Assembly (NCBI GenBank): GCA_965116465.1
Contig: OZ220687.1
Coordinates: forward strand, 2,564,596 to 2,628,595
Direction: 5' to 3'
DNA: 64,000 bases
DNA from: Acidimicrobiales bacterium
Lineage (GTDB): Bacteria > Actinomycetota > Acidimicrobiia > Acidimicrobiales > CATQHL01
The translations under genes were made by a program, and so were the position numbers. Shown here piece after piece: positions 25,466 through 35,533 of the stretch. How positions within the stretch are numbered: position 1 is the stretch's first letter; each line of letters starts with the position of its first letter. The notes below the pieces were generated by a model. It had not been told where the DNA came from, ran no database searches, and worked only from the letters and a program-made list of their open reading frames with translations.

Positions 25466-26479
25466 TCAGATGCCGCCGATGGGGCCAAGGGCTCGGCGGT
25501 AGGCGAGAGCGGCGGCGTCGGGGCCGCGCAGGTGGAGTTCCTCGGTGAGGCGGACCGGTAGCGGCACGGGGCGCTGGCTCTCCACGATCCGGCGGTCGCC
25601 CTCCATGATCTCGTGGGTGAACCCGTGGAATCCGGTTCTGTCGACGCCGAGGTCGTAGTTGCGCGACAGCCAGAGGAACAACTCGTTGGTGTTCTCGGTG
25701 GTGGGCCGGCACGCCATCGACACCACGGTGCTCTGGCCGTCGGGGGTGCCCTTGCGCAGGTGAACGGTGAAGGGCAGCCACAGGAAGTACTCCCAGTGCA
25801 CCTCGGTGCCGCTGGGCGAGTGCACCCCGCCCGGCTCGAGCGCCTTGTAGCTGACGTAGAAGCCGAAGTCGGTCTCGGTCACGTCGCAGTTGCCGACCAC
25901 GGTGCGGTCCCGGCTGCCCAGCAGGCCGTCGTGCAAGAAGGGGAAGTGCGAGACGTCCAGGAAGTTCTCGACGGTCCGGGCCGCCGAGGCCTGCCACGAG
26001 TAGCGGTGGCTGTACCAGATCTCGACGTTGGGGTCGTCCCACTCGCCGCTCGGCCACTCGGTGATAGCCCCCACCGGGTCGGCCAGTGCCACCCACACGA
26101 GTTCGTGGCGCTCGGCGGTGGGGAAGCTGTTGACCCTGGCGCCCGACGGAATGGACGAGCCCGGCTCCAGGGCGGGGATGTTCACGCAGCGCCCCTCGCC
26201 GTCGTACTGCCAGCCGTGGTAGGGGCACACGATGCAGCCCTCCGGGGTCGTCCAGCCCAGTGACAGGGCCGTCCCCCGGTGGATGCAGAGATCGTCCAGC
26301 ACGCGGGCCTGACCGGCGTCGTCGCGGTAGGCCACCAGGTGCCGCCCCAGCAACTCGAACCCGACCGGCGCGTCGGCGGTCACCTCGGCGGATTCCAGCA
26401 CCGGGTGCCAGTAGTTGGTGAGGTCGGGAGCGCGGGGCTCGATGTCGTCGAGGGTCGCAGCGGGCGCTGTCGTGGTCAT
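25466..26479 (-). CDS. Rieske [2Fe-2S] non-haem iron oxygenase, alpha/oxygenase component (VanA/KshA-like size)
   Basis: CIHRGTALSLG...CPYHGWQYD Rieske motif. 337 aa from ATG 26479, with GGGGAGGA upstream. Confidence 0.8.
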   Translation of the reverse strand: MTTTAPAATLDDIEPRAPDLTNYWHPVLESAEVTADAPVGFELLGRHLVAYRDDAGQARVLDDLCIHRGTALSLGWTTPEGCIVCPYHGWQYDGEGRCVNIPALEPGSSIPSGARVNSFPTAERHELVWVALADPVGAITEWPSGEWDDPNVEIWYSHRYSWQASAARTVENFLDVSHFPFLHDGLLGSRDRTVVGNCDVTETDFGFYVSYKALEPGGVHSPSGTEVHWEYFLWLPFTVHLRKGTPDGQSTVVSMACRPTTENTNELFLWLSRNYDLGVDRTGFHGFTHEIMEGDRRIVESQRPVPLPVRLTEELHLRGPDAAALAYRRALGPIGGI

Positions 26480-26556
26480 GGTTCCTCCCCGGTCCAGGTG
26501 CTCCGAGGAGGCTGCTGACCGATCCATCGGGGGCAGTCCGGACGGTTGCACACTGG

Positions 26557-26576
26557 GTTCCGGCCTGCGCCGGAAC
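26557..26576 (-). terminator. 8-bp perfect hairpin GTTCCGGC-ctgc-GCCGGAAC between livF-like and Rieske genes
   Basis: Read directly from the sequence. There is no U-tract, so its function as terminator, attenuator or stabiliser is uncertain. Confidence 0.3.
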
Positions 26577-26614
26577 GACTAACGAAATGGTCGGCGGGGT
26601 TGGTTGCGGTCTCC

Positions 26615-27382
26615 TCAGTGGTGATGGTCGATCCCGAAGAACGTGGCCTGCAGCAGTTCCTCGTCCAGCATGTCCTCAGCCGGTTGCGACGACCCAAGCA
26701 CGCCGGAGTTCATGACGTAGACCCTGTCCACGTGCGGCAGGCACAGCATGGGGCTCTCCTCGATGACCCAAAGCACCGACGTGCCCTGCTCGCGCACGGC
26801 GACGATGTCGGCGATGCGCGCCTGCACGATCGACGGGGCCAGACCCGTTGTCGGCTCGTCGAGTGCGAGGAAGCGAGGCTCGGAGATCATCGCCGAGGCG
26901 ATGGCGAGCATCTGGCGCTCGCCGCCGGACAGCGTGCCGGCGCGGGCTCGGCGCAAGTCCTGCAGCGCCGGGAAGGATTCCAGCATCTCGCCGATGCGCC
27001 GATGCTGGGTGCGCGTGTGCTCGTGCAGCAGGCTGACGGCGAGATTGTCGTAGACCGTGAGTTCCGGGAAGGTGCTGCCCTCCTGGGGGACGTAGGCCAT
27101 CCCGAGCTTGGCACGGGCCCCCGGGGTGGTCGGGCCGAGGTCCTCTTCGCCGAAGGTCATCGTGCCGCCGCGCAACGCCAGCAGCCCGAACAGCGTCTTG
27201 AGCAGGGTCGACTTGCCGGCGCCGTTGGGACCGATCACCGCCACGATCTCCGCTGGCGCCACCTCCAGGCTGACGCCGTGGAGGATGGGCAGGTCGCCGT
27301 AGCCGGAGTCCACGTCGCGAAGCACCAGGCTCGGTGCCGGGGACCGGTCCATGGAAGTGCCGGCGGCCGCCTCGTCGCTCAC
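26615..27382 (-). CDS. livF: Branched-chain amino acid/amide-type ABC transporter ATP-binding protein (LivF-like)
   Basis: GPNGAGKSTLLKT, LSGGERQMLAIA, LALDEPT. GTGA overlap with the upstream gene. Confidence 0.85.
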   Translation of the reverse strand: MSDEAAAGTSMDRSPAPSLVLRDVDSGYGDLPILHGVSLEVAPAEIVAVIGPNGAGKSTLLKTLFGLLALRGGTMTFGEEDLGPTTPGARAKLGMAYVPQEGSTFPELTVYDNLAVSLLHEHTRTQHRRIGEMLESFPALQDLRRARAGTLSGGERQMLAIASAMISEPRFLALDEPTTGLAPSIVQARIADIVAVREQGTSVLWVIEESPMLCLPHVDRVYVMNSGVLGSSQPAEDMLDEELLQATFFGIDHHH

Positions 27383-28155
27383 GTGTCCGCTCCCATGTAC
27401 ACCTGGCGCACCAGTGGGTTGGCGGCGATCTCCTCGGGGGTTCCCTCGGCGATGATCCGTCCGTTGGCCATTGTGTGCACATAGTCGGCAACGTCGAGCA
27501 CGAAGGAGAGGTTGTGGTCGATGATCATGAGGGCGATACCACTGCGATGCACGTCACGGATCAGTTCGGAGAGCCGCGAGATCGCACCGGGGTTGACGCC
27601 GGCAGCGGGTTCGTCCAGAAGCAGCAGCCGGGGCTGGGCCATGAGTTGCCGCGCCAACTCGGCGAGCTTGCGGTCGCCGGCGGCCAGCTCGTCCACCGGC
27701 GTGTCGATGAGCTGATCCAGGCCCAGGTGCTCCAGGATCTCGTCGGCCCGCTGAGACAGATCGGTGGTCTCCCGGCGGCCCCGACCGGTCAGCATTCCGG
27801 TGAGCACCGCGTGCGACGCGCCGGCCACCTGCAGGCTCTCCCAGACGGTCATGGTGGGGAAACCCACCGGCGTCTGGAAGGTGCGCACCACGCCCCGTCG
27901 CGAGATTTCCCAGGGGGCCATCCCGGTCACCGGCCGGCCGTCGAAGGTGATGCTGCCGGCGTCGGCCCGCTCGTAGCCGGTCATGATGTTGAACAGCGTC
28001 GTCTTGCCCGCGCCGTTGGGTCCGATGAGCGCGGTGATGCGATCGGGGTAGAGGTCGAGGGACACGTCGTGCACCGCCACGTTGCCCCCGAAGGCCTTGT
28101 ACAGACCGTGGGTGCTCAGCAGGGCGCCGCTGCCGTTGGTCTCCGGTGCGGTCAT
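27379..28155 (-). CDS. livG: Branched-chain amino acid/amide-type ABC transporter ATP-binding protein (LivG-like)
   Basis: GPNGAGKTTLFN, LLLDEPAAG. ATG 28155 overlaps the permease stop (ATGA). Confidence 0.85.
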   Translation of the reverse strand: MTAPETNGSGALLSTHGLYKAFGGNVAVHDVSLDLYPDRITALIGPNGAGKTTLFNIMTGYERADAGSITFDGRPVTGMAPWEISRRGVVRTFQTPVGFPTMTVWESLQVAGASHAVLTGMLTGRGRRETTDLSQRADEILEHLGLDQLIDTPVDELAAGDRKLAELARQLMAQPRLLLLDEPAAGVNPGAISRLSELIRDVHRSGIALMIIDHNLSFVLDVADYVHTMANGRIIAEGTPEEIAANPLVRQVYMGADT

Positions 28156-29195
28156 CTCGCCGCTCCGCCGCCGCGCAGGCTCAGCCGCCGCAGCCGAGCC
28201 ATCATGGCAGCTCCGGCCAGGTCGAGGGGTGTCTGCTGGCGGGCTCGCTCCCCGAAAGTCCGGCGCTCCGAGAGCAGGCCCTCGGGGCGGAAGCGCAGCA
28301 CCAGCACCAGCAGCAGGCCGATGGCCAGGGGATGCACCGCCACGTGCACGTTGCGAAGTTCCGGCGGCACGTCGATCAACTCCACCAACTCGGTGAAGAG
28401 CAGCAGGACCGCCACGCCCAGCACGGGGCCGAACCGGCTGGCGATGCCGCCGAGCACCAGCGCGGTCCACGCCGTGAACGTGAACTGCGCTCTGAAGACG
28501 TTGGGGTTCGCATAGCGCAGCCACCACATGTACAGCGGAGCGATCCCGCCGATCGCGACGCCCACCAGCACGAAGGTCTGCAGGCGCAGCCGGCTGACCC
28601 GGATCCCCAGCGACAGCGCCGCCGGCTCGTTGTCGCGCATGGCCCGCAACGCCCGCCCGTAGCCCGAGCGGCTGATCCGCCGGGTCAGCGCGTAGACCAG
28701 CAATGCGGCGCCCCAGGTCACGACGAGCAGGACGGCTCTCAGGGCGTCGCGTTGGAAGAAGCTCTCGAACGGCCGGGCCACGCTGTTGAATCCCACGGTC
28801 CCGTGGGTGAGATCGACCAGGTTGATCGCCAACTGCCGGAACACCTCCGCGAAGGCGAACGTGATGATCAGGAAGTACTCGCGCCGCGCGCGCAGAGCAG
28901 GCAGCCCGACCAGGAAGGCCACGATGCCGGTCATCAGCATGGCCGCGAGGATCCCTGCCCAGACGGGCCAGCCGGGGGCGTAGCTCACCTCGAATTCCCC
29001 GGGAGGATTGGTCACGATCGTGTAGGTGTAGGAGCCGATGGCCAGCAGCCCCACGATTCCGAGGTCCCACATGCCGCCCCATCCCGATTCCACGTTCAGC
29101 AGCATGGTGACCGAGGCGTAGATGCCGATGAGGGTGAGGAGGCTGACCCAGAAGCTGGGTGAGCCCAAGGCGCTGATGGCGGCCAATGTGCTCAT
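28152..29195 (-). CDS. livM: Liv-type ABC transporter permease (LivM-like)
   Basis: 347-aa polytopic membrane protein from ATG 29195 (ATGA overlap with the livH-like stop). Confidence 0.8.
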   Translation of the reverse strand: MSTLAAISALGSPSFWVSLLTLIGIYASVTMLLNVESGWGGMWDLGIVGLLAIGSYTYTIVTNPPGEFEVSYAPGWPVWAGILAAMLMTGIVAFLVGLPALRARREYFLIITFAFAEVFRQLAINLVDLTHGTVGFNSVARPFESFFQRDALRAVLLVVTWGAALLVYALTRRISRSGYGRALRAMRDNEPAALSLGIRVSRLRLQTFVLVGVAIGGIAPLYMWWLRYANPNVFRAQFTFTAWTALVLGGIASRFGPVLGVAVLLLFTELVELIDVPPELRNVHVAVHPLAIGLLLVLVLRFRPEGLLSERRTFGERARQQTPLDLAGAAMMARLRRLSLRGGGAAR

Positions 29196-30289
29196 GCGGC
29201 CTGCTCCGCCCGGCGGCGCGTGCTGAACAGTCCCTCGGGTCGCACGAACAGCACCAGGATCAGCGCGCCGAACGCCACGACCAGGCGGTATGCGGTCGGG
29301 ATCCACAGCGCGCTCACGTCCATCGCCATACCCAGGAGCACGGCTGCTGCCATCACGCCCATGATGCTGCCGGTGCCGCCCAGGACGGCCGCGGAGAGGA
29401 TCACCAGGATGTTCTCCCATCCCAGCGGGCTGGTGACGCCGCCGCGGCGCACCGCGATCATCACGCCGGCCATGGCAGCCAGCCCGGAGCCGATGAACCA
29501 GACGACATTCGAAACCACCCGCACCGGTATGCCGCGCACCGCCGCCAGGGCGGGATTGGAGGCCGCGGCGCGCAGCCAGCGACCCATGCGCGTCAGCGAC
29601 AGGAAGAACTGCAGGCTCAACACCGCCCCGAGCGACAGCAGGATCATCCCCAGCTCGCCAGTGGCGATGTTGAGGGCTTTGTGATCTGCCCCGAAGCCGT
29701 CGCTCAGGGTCGCCAGCACGAACAGGACCGTGGCGGCGACGGTAGCGAGAGCGAGCGCCAGGCCGGTCCCGCGGGCGGCCCACAATTCAGCCCACCTGCC
29801 GATGACCTCGCGGTGCTCGGCGCGCCGGGAGCGGTTGGCCAGCAGCCAGCCCACGAGCGTCGCCAGCGCCGCTGTCAGCACGAGAACCAGCACGAACTCG
29901 GGCACCGAGAACTCGATGCGGGGGCCGAAGCCGACCGGCACGGGGCGCAGGACGGTGCCGAAGATGGCGATGATCGCCCCGTAGATCACGAAGGCGAGGC
30001 CGATCGACGTGAACAGCAGCACGTTGCCGCCTTCGTCCTTCACCGGCCTGAAGACGACGATCCCCAGAACCACACCCAGGACGCCCATGACCAGCATGGA
30101 CACAACCCCGGCCACGAAGACGTTCATGCCGGCGTTGGTTATGAGGATGACCGACAGGAAGGCGCCGAGGGCCAGCATCTGCCCGTGGGCGATGTGCAGG
30201 ATGTTCTCGGTCTGGCGGATCAGGGCGAACCCGACCGTGGCGGCGGCCAGAACCCCCCCGGTCAGCAGCCCGAAGATGACGTGTTGCAC
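29192..30289 (-). CDS. livH: Liv-type ABC transporter permease (LivH-like)
   Basis: 365-aa polytopic membrane protein. N-terminal MQHVIFGLLTGGVLAAATVGFALI is typical of LivH. Confidence 0.8.
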   Translation of the reverse strand: MQHVIFGLLTGGVLAAATVGFALIRQTENILHIAHGQMLALGAFLSVILITNAGMNVFVAGVVSMLVMGVLGVVLGIVVFRPVKDEGGNVLLFTSIGLAFVIYGAIIAIFGTVLRPVPVGFGPRIEFSVPEFVLVLVLTAALATLVGWLLANRSRRAEHREVIGRWAELWAARGTGLALALATVAATVLFVLATLSDGFGADHKALNIATGELGMILLSLGAVLSLQFFLSLTRMGRWLRAAASNPALAAVRGIPVRVVSNVVWFIGSGLAAMAGVMIAVRRGGVTSPLGWENILVILSAAVLGGTGSIMGVMAAAVLLGMAMDVSALWIPTAYRLVVAFGALILVLFVRPEGLFSTRRRAEQAA

Positions 30290-30306
30290 GCGAACAGAGT
30301 CGGATC

Positions 30307-30342
30307 CCGGGGCGGCCCCGCCGTCGCGCGGGGCCGCCCCGG
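30307..30342 (-). terminator. 14-bp perfect GC hairpin just downstream of the Liv-type binding-protein gene
   Basis: CCGGGGCGGCCCCG (30307-30320) and CGGGGCCGCCCCGG (30329-30342), with an 8-nt loop. Located between the SBP stop (30365) and the livH-like start (30289). Confidence 0.4.
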
Positions 30343-30364
30343 AGTGATCCTGGGTCTAAGTGGC

Positions 30365-31588
30365 CTAGCGGCCGAGGCTTGCGTCGAGTTCGATGACCTC
30401 ACGCGCGGTGTAGCTGCCACCGACGATGTGCTGCACGGCGACCTTGGGTGAGACCAGGTTGCCGGTCGTGGTGTGCAACTCGATCGAGCCCGAGGGGCCG
30501 TCGTAGTCGATCTGCTCGCCGCGCTCGAGCGCTGCGACGCCGTCGGCGTACGTGTACACCTTGGTGCCCGGCGCGTTCACGATGTTGTAGATCTGGGCGG
30601 CTACATCGGGGCCGTCGGTGGACTCGGCGGCGGTCATTGCCAGCGCCAGGACGATGTACTGATCGAACTGGTTGGTCTCGTAGAAGCCCGTCGGAGGCGG
30701 CTTGCCCGCGTACTCCTGGTGCGCCGCGGCGAAGGCCGAGTACGCCGGGGACTCGAAGTCGTCGGTGACCTGGGCGGCCAGGATCCGGCCGGTCGGCAAC
30801 TCCGCCGCCGCCTCGGCGATGTCGGGCACCTGCAGGTCCGGTGAGACCAGGATCTGGGCGTCGTAGCCCCTGGCGATGTACTCCCGCAGGATCGGGATCC
30901 CCGCCTGAGGGCCGGCGCCGATGTAGACGGCCTCGGGGTCGCCCGCGAACGCCTGCTCGACCTCGGCCTGGTAGCTGTCGCTGCCGGGGGCGAATCGCAC
31001 GTCGGCGATGATCTCGCCGCCGATCTTGTTCTCCCAGACGTCCTTGAACACGTTGGCCGGGCTCTCGGTGCCCTCGGTCTGCTGCACCAGCATGGCCACC
31101 CGCGTGAAGCCCAGGTCGCGGGCCAGCTGCGCGGAGATGATGCCGTACGTGGTGTCCGACGCCGTGATGCGCCAGATGAAGTTGCCGCCCTCGGTGTCCA
31201 GAACCGTCGTCCCGCAGGCCGGGCACATGGTCGGCATCTCGTCCTCTGCCACGGTGCCCAGTAGGGCGACGGCGCCGTCGGATTCAACGCCGCCGAGTGC
31301 GTCGATCTCCTCGCGGATCCGGTTGTAGCCCGTGACCGCGCCCTCCGGCGTGGACAGATTGTCCTGCACCACGAGTTCGGCGTCGCGGCCCAGAATGCCG
31401 CCGGAGGCGTTGATCACGCCGATGGCGGCTTCTGCGCCGTCCTGGCTGGGCGGACCCCATTCGGAGTAGTCACCGGACAGACCGGCCAAGAAGCCGAGCT
31501 TCACCGGGCCTTCGTCGTCGCCACCGCAGCTGAGGACGACACCGCCCAGAACCACGATCGCGATCAATGGCAGGAAAATGCGTCGCAC
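30365..31588 (-). CDS. Liv-type (type I periplasmic binding fold) substrate-binding lipoprotein; ligand unknown
   Basis: GTG 31588 is preceded by GAGGGGAG. Lipobox VVLSCGG. LGFLAGLSGDYSEWG is typical of Leu/Ile/Val/amide/urea binding proteins. Confidence 0.8.
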   Translation of the reverse strand: MRRIFLPLIAIVVLGGVVLSCGGDDEGPVKLGFLAGLSGDYSEWGPPSQDGAEAAIGVINASGGILGRDAELVVQDNLSTPEGAVTGYNRIREEIDALGGVESDGAVALLGTVAEDEMPTMCPACGTTVLDTEGGNFIWRITASDTTYGIISAQLARDLGFTRVAMLVQQTEGTESPANVFKDVWENKIGGEIIADVRFAPGSDSYQAEVEQAFAGDPEAVYIGAGPQAGIPILREYIARGYDAQILVSPDLQVPDIAEAAAELPTGRILAAQVTDDFESPAYSAFAAAHQEYAGKPPPTGFYETNQFDQYIVLALAMTAAESTDGPDVAAQIYNIVNAPGTKVYTYADGVAALERGEQIDYDGPSGSIELHTTTGNLVSPKVAVQHIVGGSYTAREVIELDASLGR

Positions 31589-31637
31589 TTTCTCCCCTCT
31601 CACTCTCTGTTCCGCTCTGTCACGCAATGCGCGTAGA

Positions 31638-31656
31638 GCTTCAATGCTGTTGAAAC
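31638..31656. promoter_or_regulatory. 7-5-7 palindrome GCTTCAA-TGCTG-TTGAAAC upstream of the Liv-type SBP gene
   Basis: AT-rich pocket in the 135-bp spacer. Same architecture and 14 of 19 bases as the site at 41601-41619. Confidence 0.35.
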
Positions 31657-31723
31657 CCACAGTAGCAGGGCCACCGTTGAAATGTGGAACGACGATGTTC
31701 CCGGCGAGACCCTGGGTGGTTGG

Positions 31724-33259
31724 CTAGACGGCGGCCCCGGCCGTTCTCCCGGCCATCGCCAGAGCCAACTCGTCCATGTCGAGGTCGCCGATGGAGCACT
31801 CGAGCATGATGCGGCCCCGGAACAGGACGATGAGCCGATCGCTCAGCTTCAGGAGTTCCTCGAGATCCATCGACAGCAGCAGGACGGCGGCGCCGCTGTG
31901 CTTGACGTCGAGCAGCCGGCGATGGACGTAGTCGATGGCGCCGACGTCGAGCCCCCAGGTGGGATTGTCCGCCACGAGCACCCGCGGCTCCCGTGACAGC
32001 TCCCGCGCCAGCACCACCTTCTGCTGGTTGCCCCCGGAGAGGCTGGAAGCCAGCAGGTCCGGGTCGGGCGGTCTCACGTCGTATTCCTCGAGCAGTTCCC
32101 GGGATCGACGCCGGACGCTGCGCCAGTCCAGGAGGCCGGTCCTGTTGTATGCGCCGGCAGGGATGTCGGACATGGCGATGTTCTCCGCCACGGTCATGTC
32201 GAGGATGAGGCCCCAGGTGTGACGATCCTCGGGGATCACCGCCAGCCCGGCGCTGCGAAGGGCGCTCGTGCCGGCTCCGGTGACGTCCTGCCCGGCGATG
32301 TGGACGGTGCCGGACTCCGCCTCGTCGAGCCCGCAGACGCAGTTGACGAGGGTTCGCTGTCCGTTGCCCTCGACGCCCGCCACACCCAGGATCTCGCCGG
32401 GCCGCACCATGAAGGAGATGCTGTCCAGATGGTCCGCCCCCTCGCCGGGGGCGTTCAGCTCGCGGACGTCCAGCAGCGGGACATCGTCGGTCCAGGGGGC
32501 ATGGTCGCTCTCCACGGCGGCGATCTCGTGGCCGGTCATCGCCCGGGTGAGGCTGCGCTCGTCGAATTCGCCACGTTCCGTGGTCGAGACCTTGTGGCCG
32601 CCCCGCAGCACGGTGACCCGGTCGGCCACCTCCATCACCTCGCCGAGCTTGTGGGTGACGAGCACGATCGAGCAGCCCCGGTCGCGCAGGTCGCGCAGGA
32701 TCTCCAGCAGGTTCTCGATCTGGCGGGGGCCGAGCAGCGACGTGGGTTCGTCGAGGATCAGGATGGTGGCGCCCCGGTAGAGCACCTTGAGGATCTCGAC
32801 CCGCTGCTGCAGGTCGACCGGCAGGTCCTGCACGGCGATGTGGGGGTCGATCGGCATGCCGAAGCGCTCGGCCAACTCGGTCGTCTCGGCGCCGATGGCG
32901 CTGCGTCTGAAGCGGAGATCCGTGGCGGGACGCGAGCCCAGGACGATGTTCTCGGCGACGCTGAAGGTGGGAACCAGGGAGAAGTGCTGGTGGACCATTC
33001 CGATGCCCAGTTCCAGGGCATCGTGCGGTGAGTGGATGTCGGCCTCGGTGCCGCCGACGTGGACGGTCCCGGCGTCCGGCAGCACGTGGCCGAACATGAC
33101 GTTCATCAGCGTCGTCTTGCCGGCGCCGTTCTCGCCCAGGAGCACGTGGATCTCGCCGGCGCGCAGATCGAAGTCGATGTCGACGTTGGCCCTCGTCTCG
33201 CCGTAGCTCTTGGAGATGCCGTGCAGCTCGACGACGTTGCCGTTGGTTGATTCGATCAC
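31724..33259 (-). CDS. Duplicated-cassette ABC ATPase (RbsA/CUT2-type; expected partner of the BMP-type permeases)
   Basis: Two ABC modules (GENGAGKTTLMN ... GVEGNGQRTL, LSGGNQQKVVLAREL). GTG 33259 lies 6 nt after GAGGAG. Confidence 0.85.
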   Translation of the reverse strand: MIESTNGNVVELHGISKSYGETRANVDIDFDLRAGEIHVLLGENGAGKTTLMNVMFGHVLPDAGTVHVGGTEADIHSPHDALELGIGMVHQHFSLVPTFSVAENIVLGSRPATDLRFRRSAIGAETTELAERFGMPIDPHIAVQDLPVDLQQRVEILKVLYRGATILILDEPTSLLGPRQIENLLEILRDLRDRGCSIVLVTHKLGEVMEVADRVTVLRGGHKVSTTERGEFDERSLTRAMTGHEIAAVESDHAPWTDDVPLLDVRELNAPGEGADHLDSISFMVRPGEILGVAGVEGNGQRTLVNCVCGLDEAESGTVHIAGQDVTGAGTSALRSAGLAVIPEDRHTWGLILDMTVAENIAMSDIPAGAYNRTGLLDWRSVRRRSRELLEEYDVRPPDPDLLASSLSGGNQQKVVLARELSREPRVLVADNPTWGLDVGAIDYVHRRLLDVKHSGAAVLLLSMDLEELLKLSDRLIVLFRGRIMLECSIGDLDMDELALAMAGRTAGAAV

Positions 33260-33279
33260 GGCGTGCTCCTCGATCGGCC

Positions 33280-35499
33280 TCAGCGCCCGTTGCCACCGCC
33301 GGCGGCGGCCCGCCAGACCTTCTCGGGCGTGAACGGCATGTCGAGGTGGCGGACTCCGAACGGTGCCAGAGCGTCGAGGACGGCGCTCTGCACGGCGGGT
33401 GTGGCGCCCACGGTCCCGGCCTCGCCGATGCCCTTCGCGCCCAGCGGGTTGAGCGGCGTGGGTGTCGTGTTGCGGTGGGTCTCGAAATCGCAGAACTCCG
33501 CCGCCGACGGGATGAGGTAGTCCCCGAAGTTGGTGGTGCGGGGCCCGCCGCCGGTGTCGTAGACCATCTCCTCCCACAGCGCCTGGGCGATGCCCTGGGC
33601 GATGCCGCCGTGCTGCTGGCCCTCGGCCAGCAGCGGGTTGATGACGTTGCCGCAGTCGTCCACGCAGAGGTGGCGCAGTTGGCGGACGTCGCCGGTCTCG
33701 GTGTCCACCTCGACGACGGCCACGTGTGTGCCGAACGGGAACGTCCGGGAACCCTGGTCGAAGTCGCACTCGGCGGCCAGCGGCTCGGGGGAGAGTTCGG
33801 CGAGCCTGCTCCACGAGAGCACGGTGTCCGGCGACCCGGCCACGCCGAGGCCCTCCTCGTGGTACACGGCGATGTCGTCCACGTTCGCCTCGAGATGCTC
33901 GGCGGCGACCTGGCGGGCCTGGTCCACGACGGCGGCGGCGGCGCGGTCGATCGCGGAGCCGCCCAGTTGCAGGGAGCGCGAGCCGTATGTGCCGTTGCCG
34001 CGGGGAACCAGGTCGGTGTCGGACTGGACGACGCTGATGTGCTGCCAGGGGATCCCCAGTTGCTCCGAGGCGATCTGGGCGTAGGTCGTCTGGTGGCCCT
34101 GCCCGTGGGACGAGACGCCCGACAGCACCGTTACCGTGCCGTCGTCGTGGATCTCCACCGAGCCGTAGTCGTTGCTGGGACCGTTGCCGGTGACCTCGAT
34201 GTAGTTGGCGACGCCGATGCCGAGCTGGTGGCGGTCTCCCCGGCGGCGACGCTCGGCCTGTTCCCTGCGCAACTCCTCGTAGCCGACGAGTTCGACCGCG
34301 CGTTCCATCGCCGCCAGGTAGTTGCCGGCGTCGTAGACGGCGCCCGTGGGGGTCTCAACAGGGTCGCTGTGGGTCTCGATCAGGTTCCGGCGCCGCACCT
34401 CGACCGCGTCCATGCCCAGCTCGGCCGCCAGGAGGTCCATGGCCCGCTCCACGGTCGCGGCCGCCTCGGGCCGCCCCGCCCCTCGCAGGGCGCCGGTGGG
34501 CGCGGTGTTGGTCACGACGCTCCTCGCCCGGAAGTCGATCCGCGGGATCCGGTAGGTGCCCGAGGCCATCATCTTGGTGTAGAAGATCAGCCAGGCGCCG
34601 ATGTCGGGGTAGGCGCCGGCGTCCTGGGTGACGCTCCACTTCATGCCCACGACGGTGCCGTCGGACCTCGCCCCGATCTCCACGTCCTGGACCTGGCCAC
34701 GGGCGTGGCCCATGTGGAGCATGTTCTCGGTGCGGGACTCGATCCAGAGCAACGGCTCGCCGAGCCGCACAGCCAATGCCGCGGTCACGACCTGCTCCAC
34801 ATAGGCGTGGCCCTTGGCTCCGAACCCGCCGCCGGTTGCCGGAACCACCACATGGATCCGGTCGATGTCGAGTTCCAGGCAGTCGGCGATGGTCTGCTGG
34901 ACCGAGAACGGGCACTGGGTGGGGACCCAGAGCCGCAGGCGCCCCTGACCGTTGTCGCCCCCGACGTTCGGGATCGCCAGGATCCCGTTGGTCTCCATCG
35001 GCGCGGGCGCGATCTTCTGGTTCACGTATCTGAACGACACGACGACGTCGGCGTCGTCGAGCGCGCCCGGGTCCTCGGCCGGGTCGACCTCGAACACGAC
35101 CTCGGTGCTGTCCATCGGATCGGAGATGCCGGGCAGCTCCTCGATCTCGACGACGACCTCCTCGGCTCGGTCGCGCGCCTCCGCGAGGGTGTCGGCCACG
35201 ACGACCGCCACGGGATCGCCCACGTATCCGACCGTCCCGCGAGCCAGAGCCGGACGCCCGAAGTGAGAGGGTGCCGGCGGGCCGGCCAGCATGTCGGGAA
35301 TGTTCAGGTCGTCCGCCGTGTAGACGCCTTCGCCTCCGGAGATGCCCACGATCCGCCCGTGCGGCACGTCGGAGCGCACGAAGACGACGCTGCGCGCCTC
35401 GACGTCGAGGTCGTCCACGTAGGGGCGGCCGCCGACCAGCAGAGCCGCATCCTCGCGGCGCAGCACGCTGTGGCCGAGGATCGAGCCTGCCGCCGCCAT
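33280..35499 (-). CDS. Xanthine dehydrogenase/CO dehydrogenase-family molybdopterin-binding large subunit (stand-alone)
   Basis: N-terminal GHSVLRREDAALLVGGRPYVDD, 739 aa, aldehyde oxidase/XDH a/b-hammerhead plus Mo-binding layout. No adjacent FeS or FAD subunit genes. Confidence 0.85.
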   Translation of the reverse strand: MAAAGSILGHSVLRREDAALLVGGRPYVDDLDVEARSVVFVRSDVPHGRIVGISGGEGVYTADDLNIPDMLAGPPAPSHFGRPALARGTVGYVGDPVAVVVADTLAEARDRAEEVVVEIEELPGISDPMDSTEVVFEVDPAEDPGALDDADVVVSFRYVNQKIAPAPMETNGILAIPNVGGDNGQGRLRLWVPTQCPFSVQQTIADCLELDIDRIHVVVPATGGGFGAKGHAYVEQVVTAALAVRLGEPLLWIESRTENMLHMGHARGQVQDVEIGARSDGTVVGMKWSVTQDAGAYPDIGAWLIFYTKMMASGTYRIPRIDFRARSVVTNTAPTGALRGAGRPEAAATVERAMDLLAAELGMDAVEVRRRNLIETHSDPVETPTGAVYDAGNYLAAMERAVELVGYEELRREQAERRRRGDRHQLGIGVANYIEVTGNGPSNDYGSVEIHDDGTVTVLSGVSSHGQGHQTTYAQIASEQLGIPWQHISVVQSDTDLVPRGNGTYGSRSLQLGGSAIDRAAAAVVDQARQVAAEHLEANVDDIAVYHEEGLGVAGSPDTVLSWSRLAELSPEPLAAECDFDQGSRTFPFGTHVAVVEVDTETGDVRQLRHLCVDDCGNVINPLLAEGQQHGGIAQGIAQALWEEMVYDTGGGPRTTNFGDYLIPSAAEFCDFETHRNTTPTPLNPLGAKGIGEAGTVGATPAVQSAVLDALAPFGVRHLDMPFTPEKVWRAAAGGGNGR

Positions 35500-35533
35500 G
35501 GGGTGCTCCCGTTACCGGTCCCGAACCCAGCCG

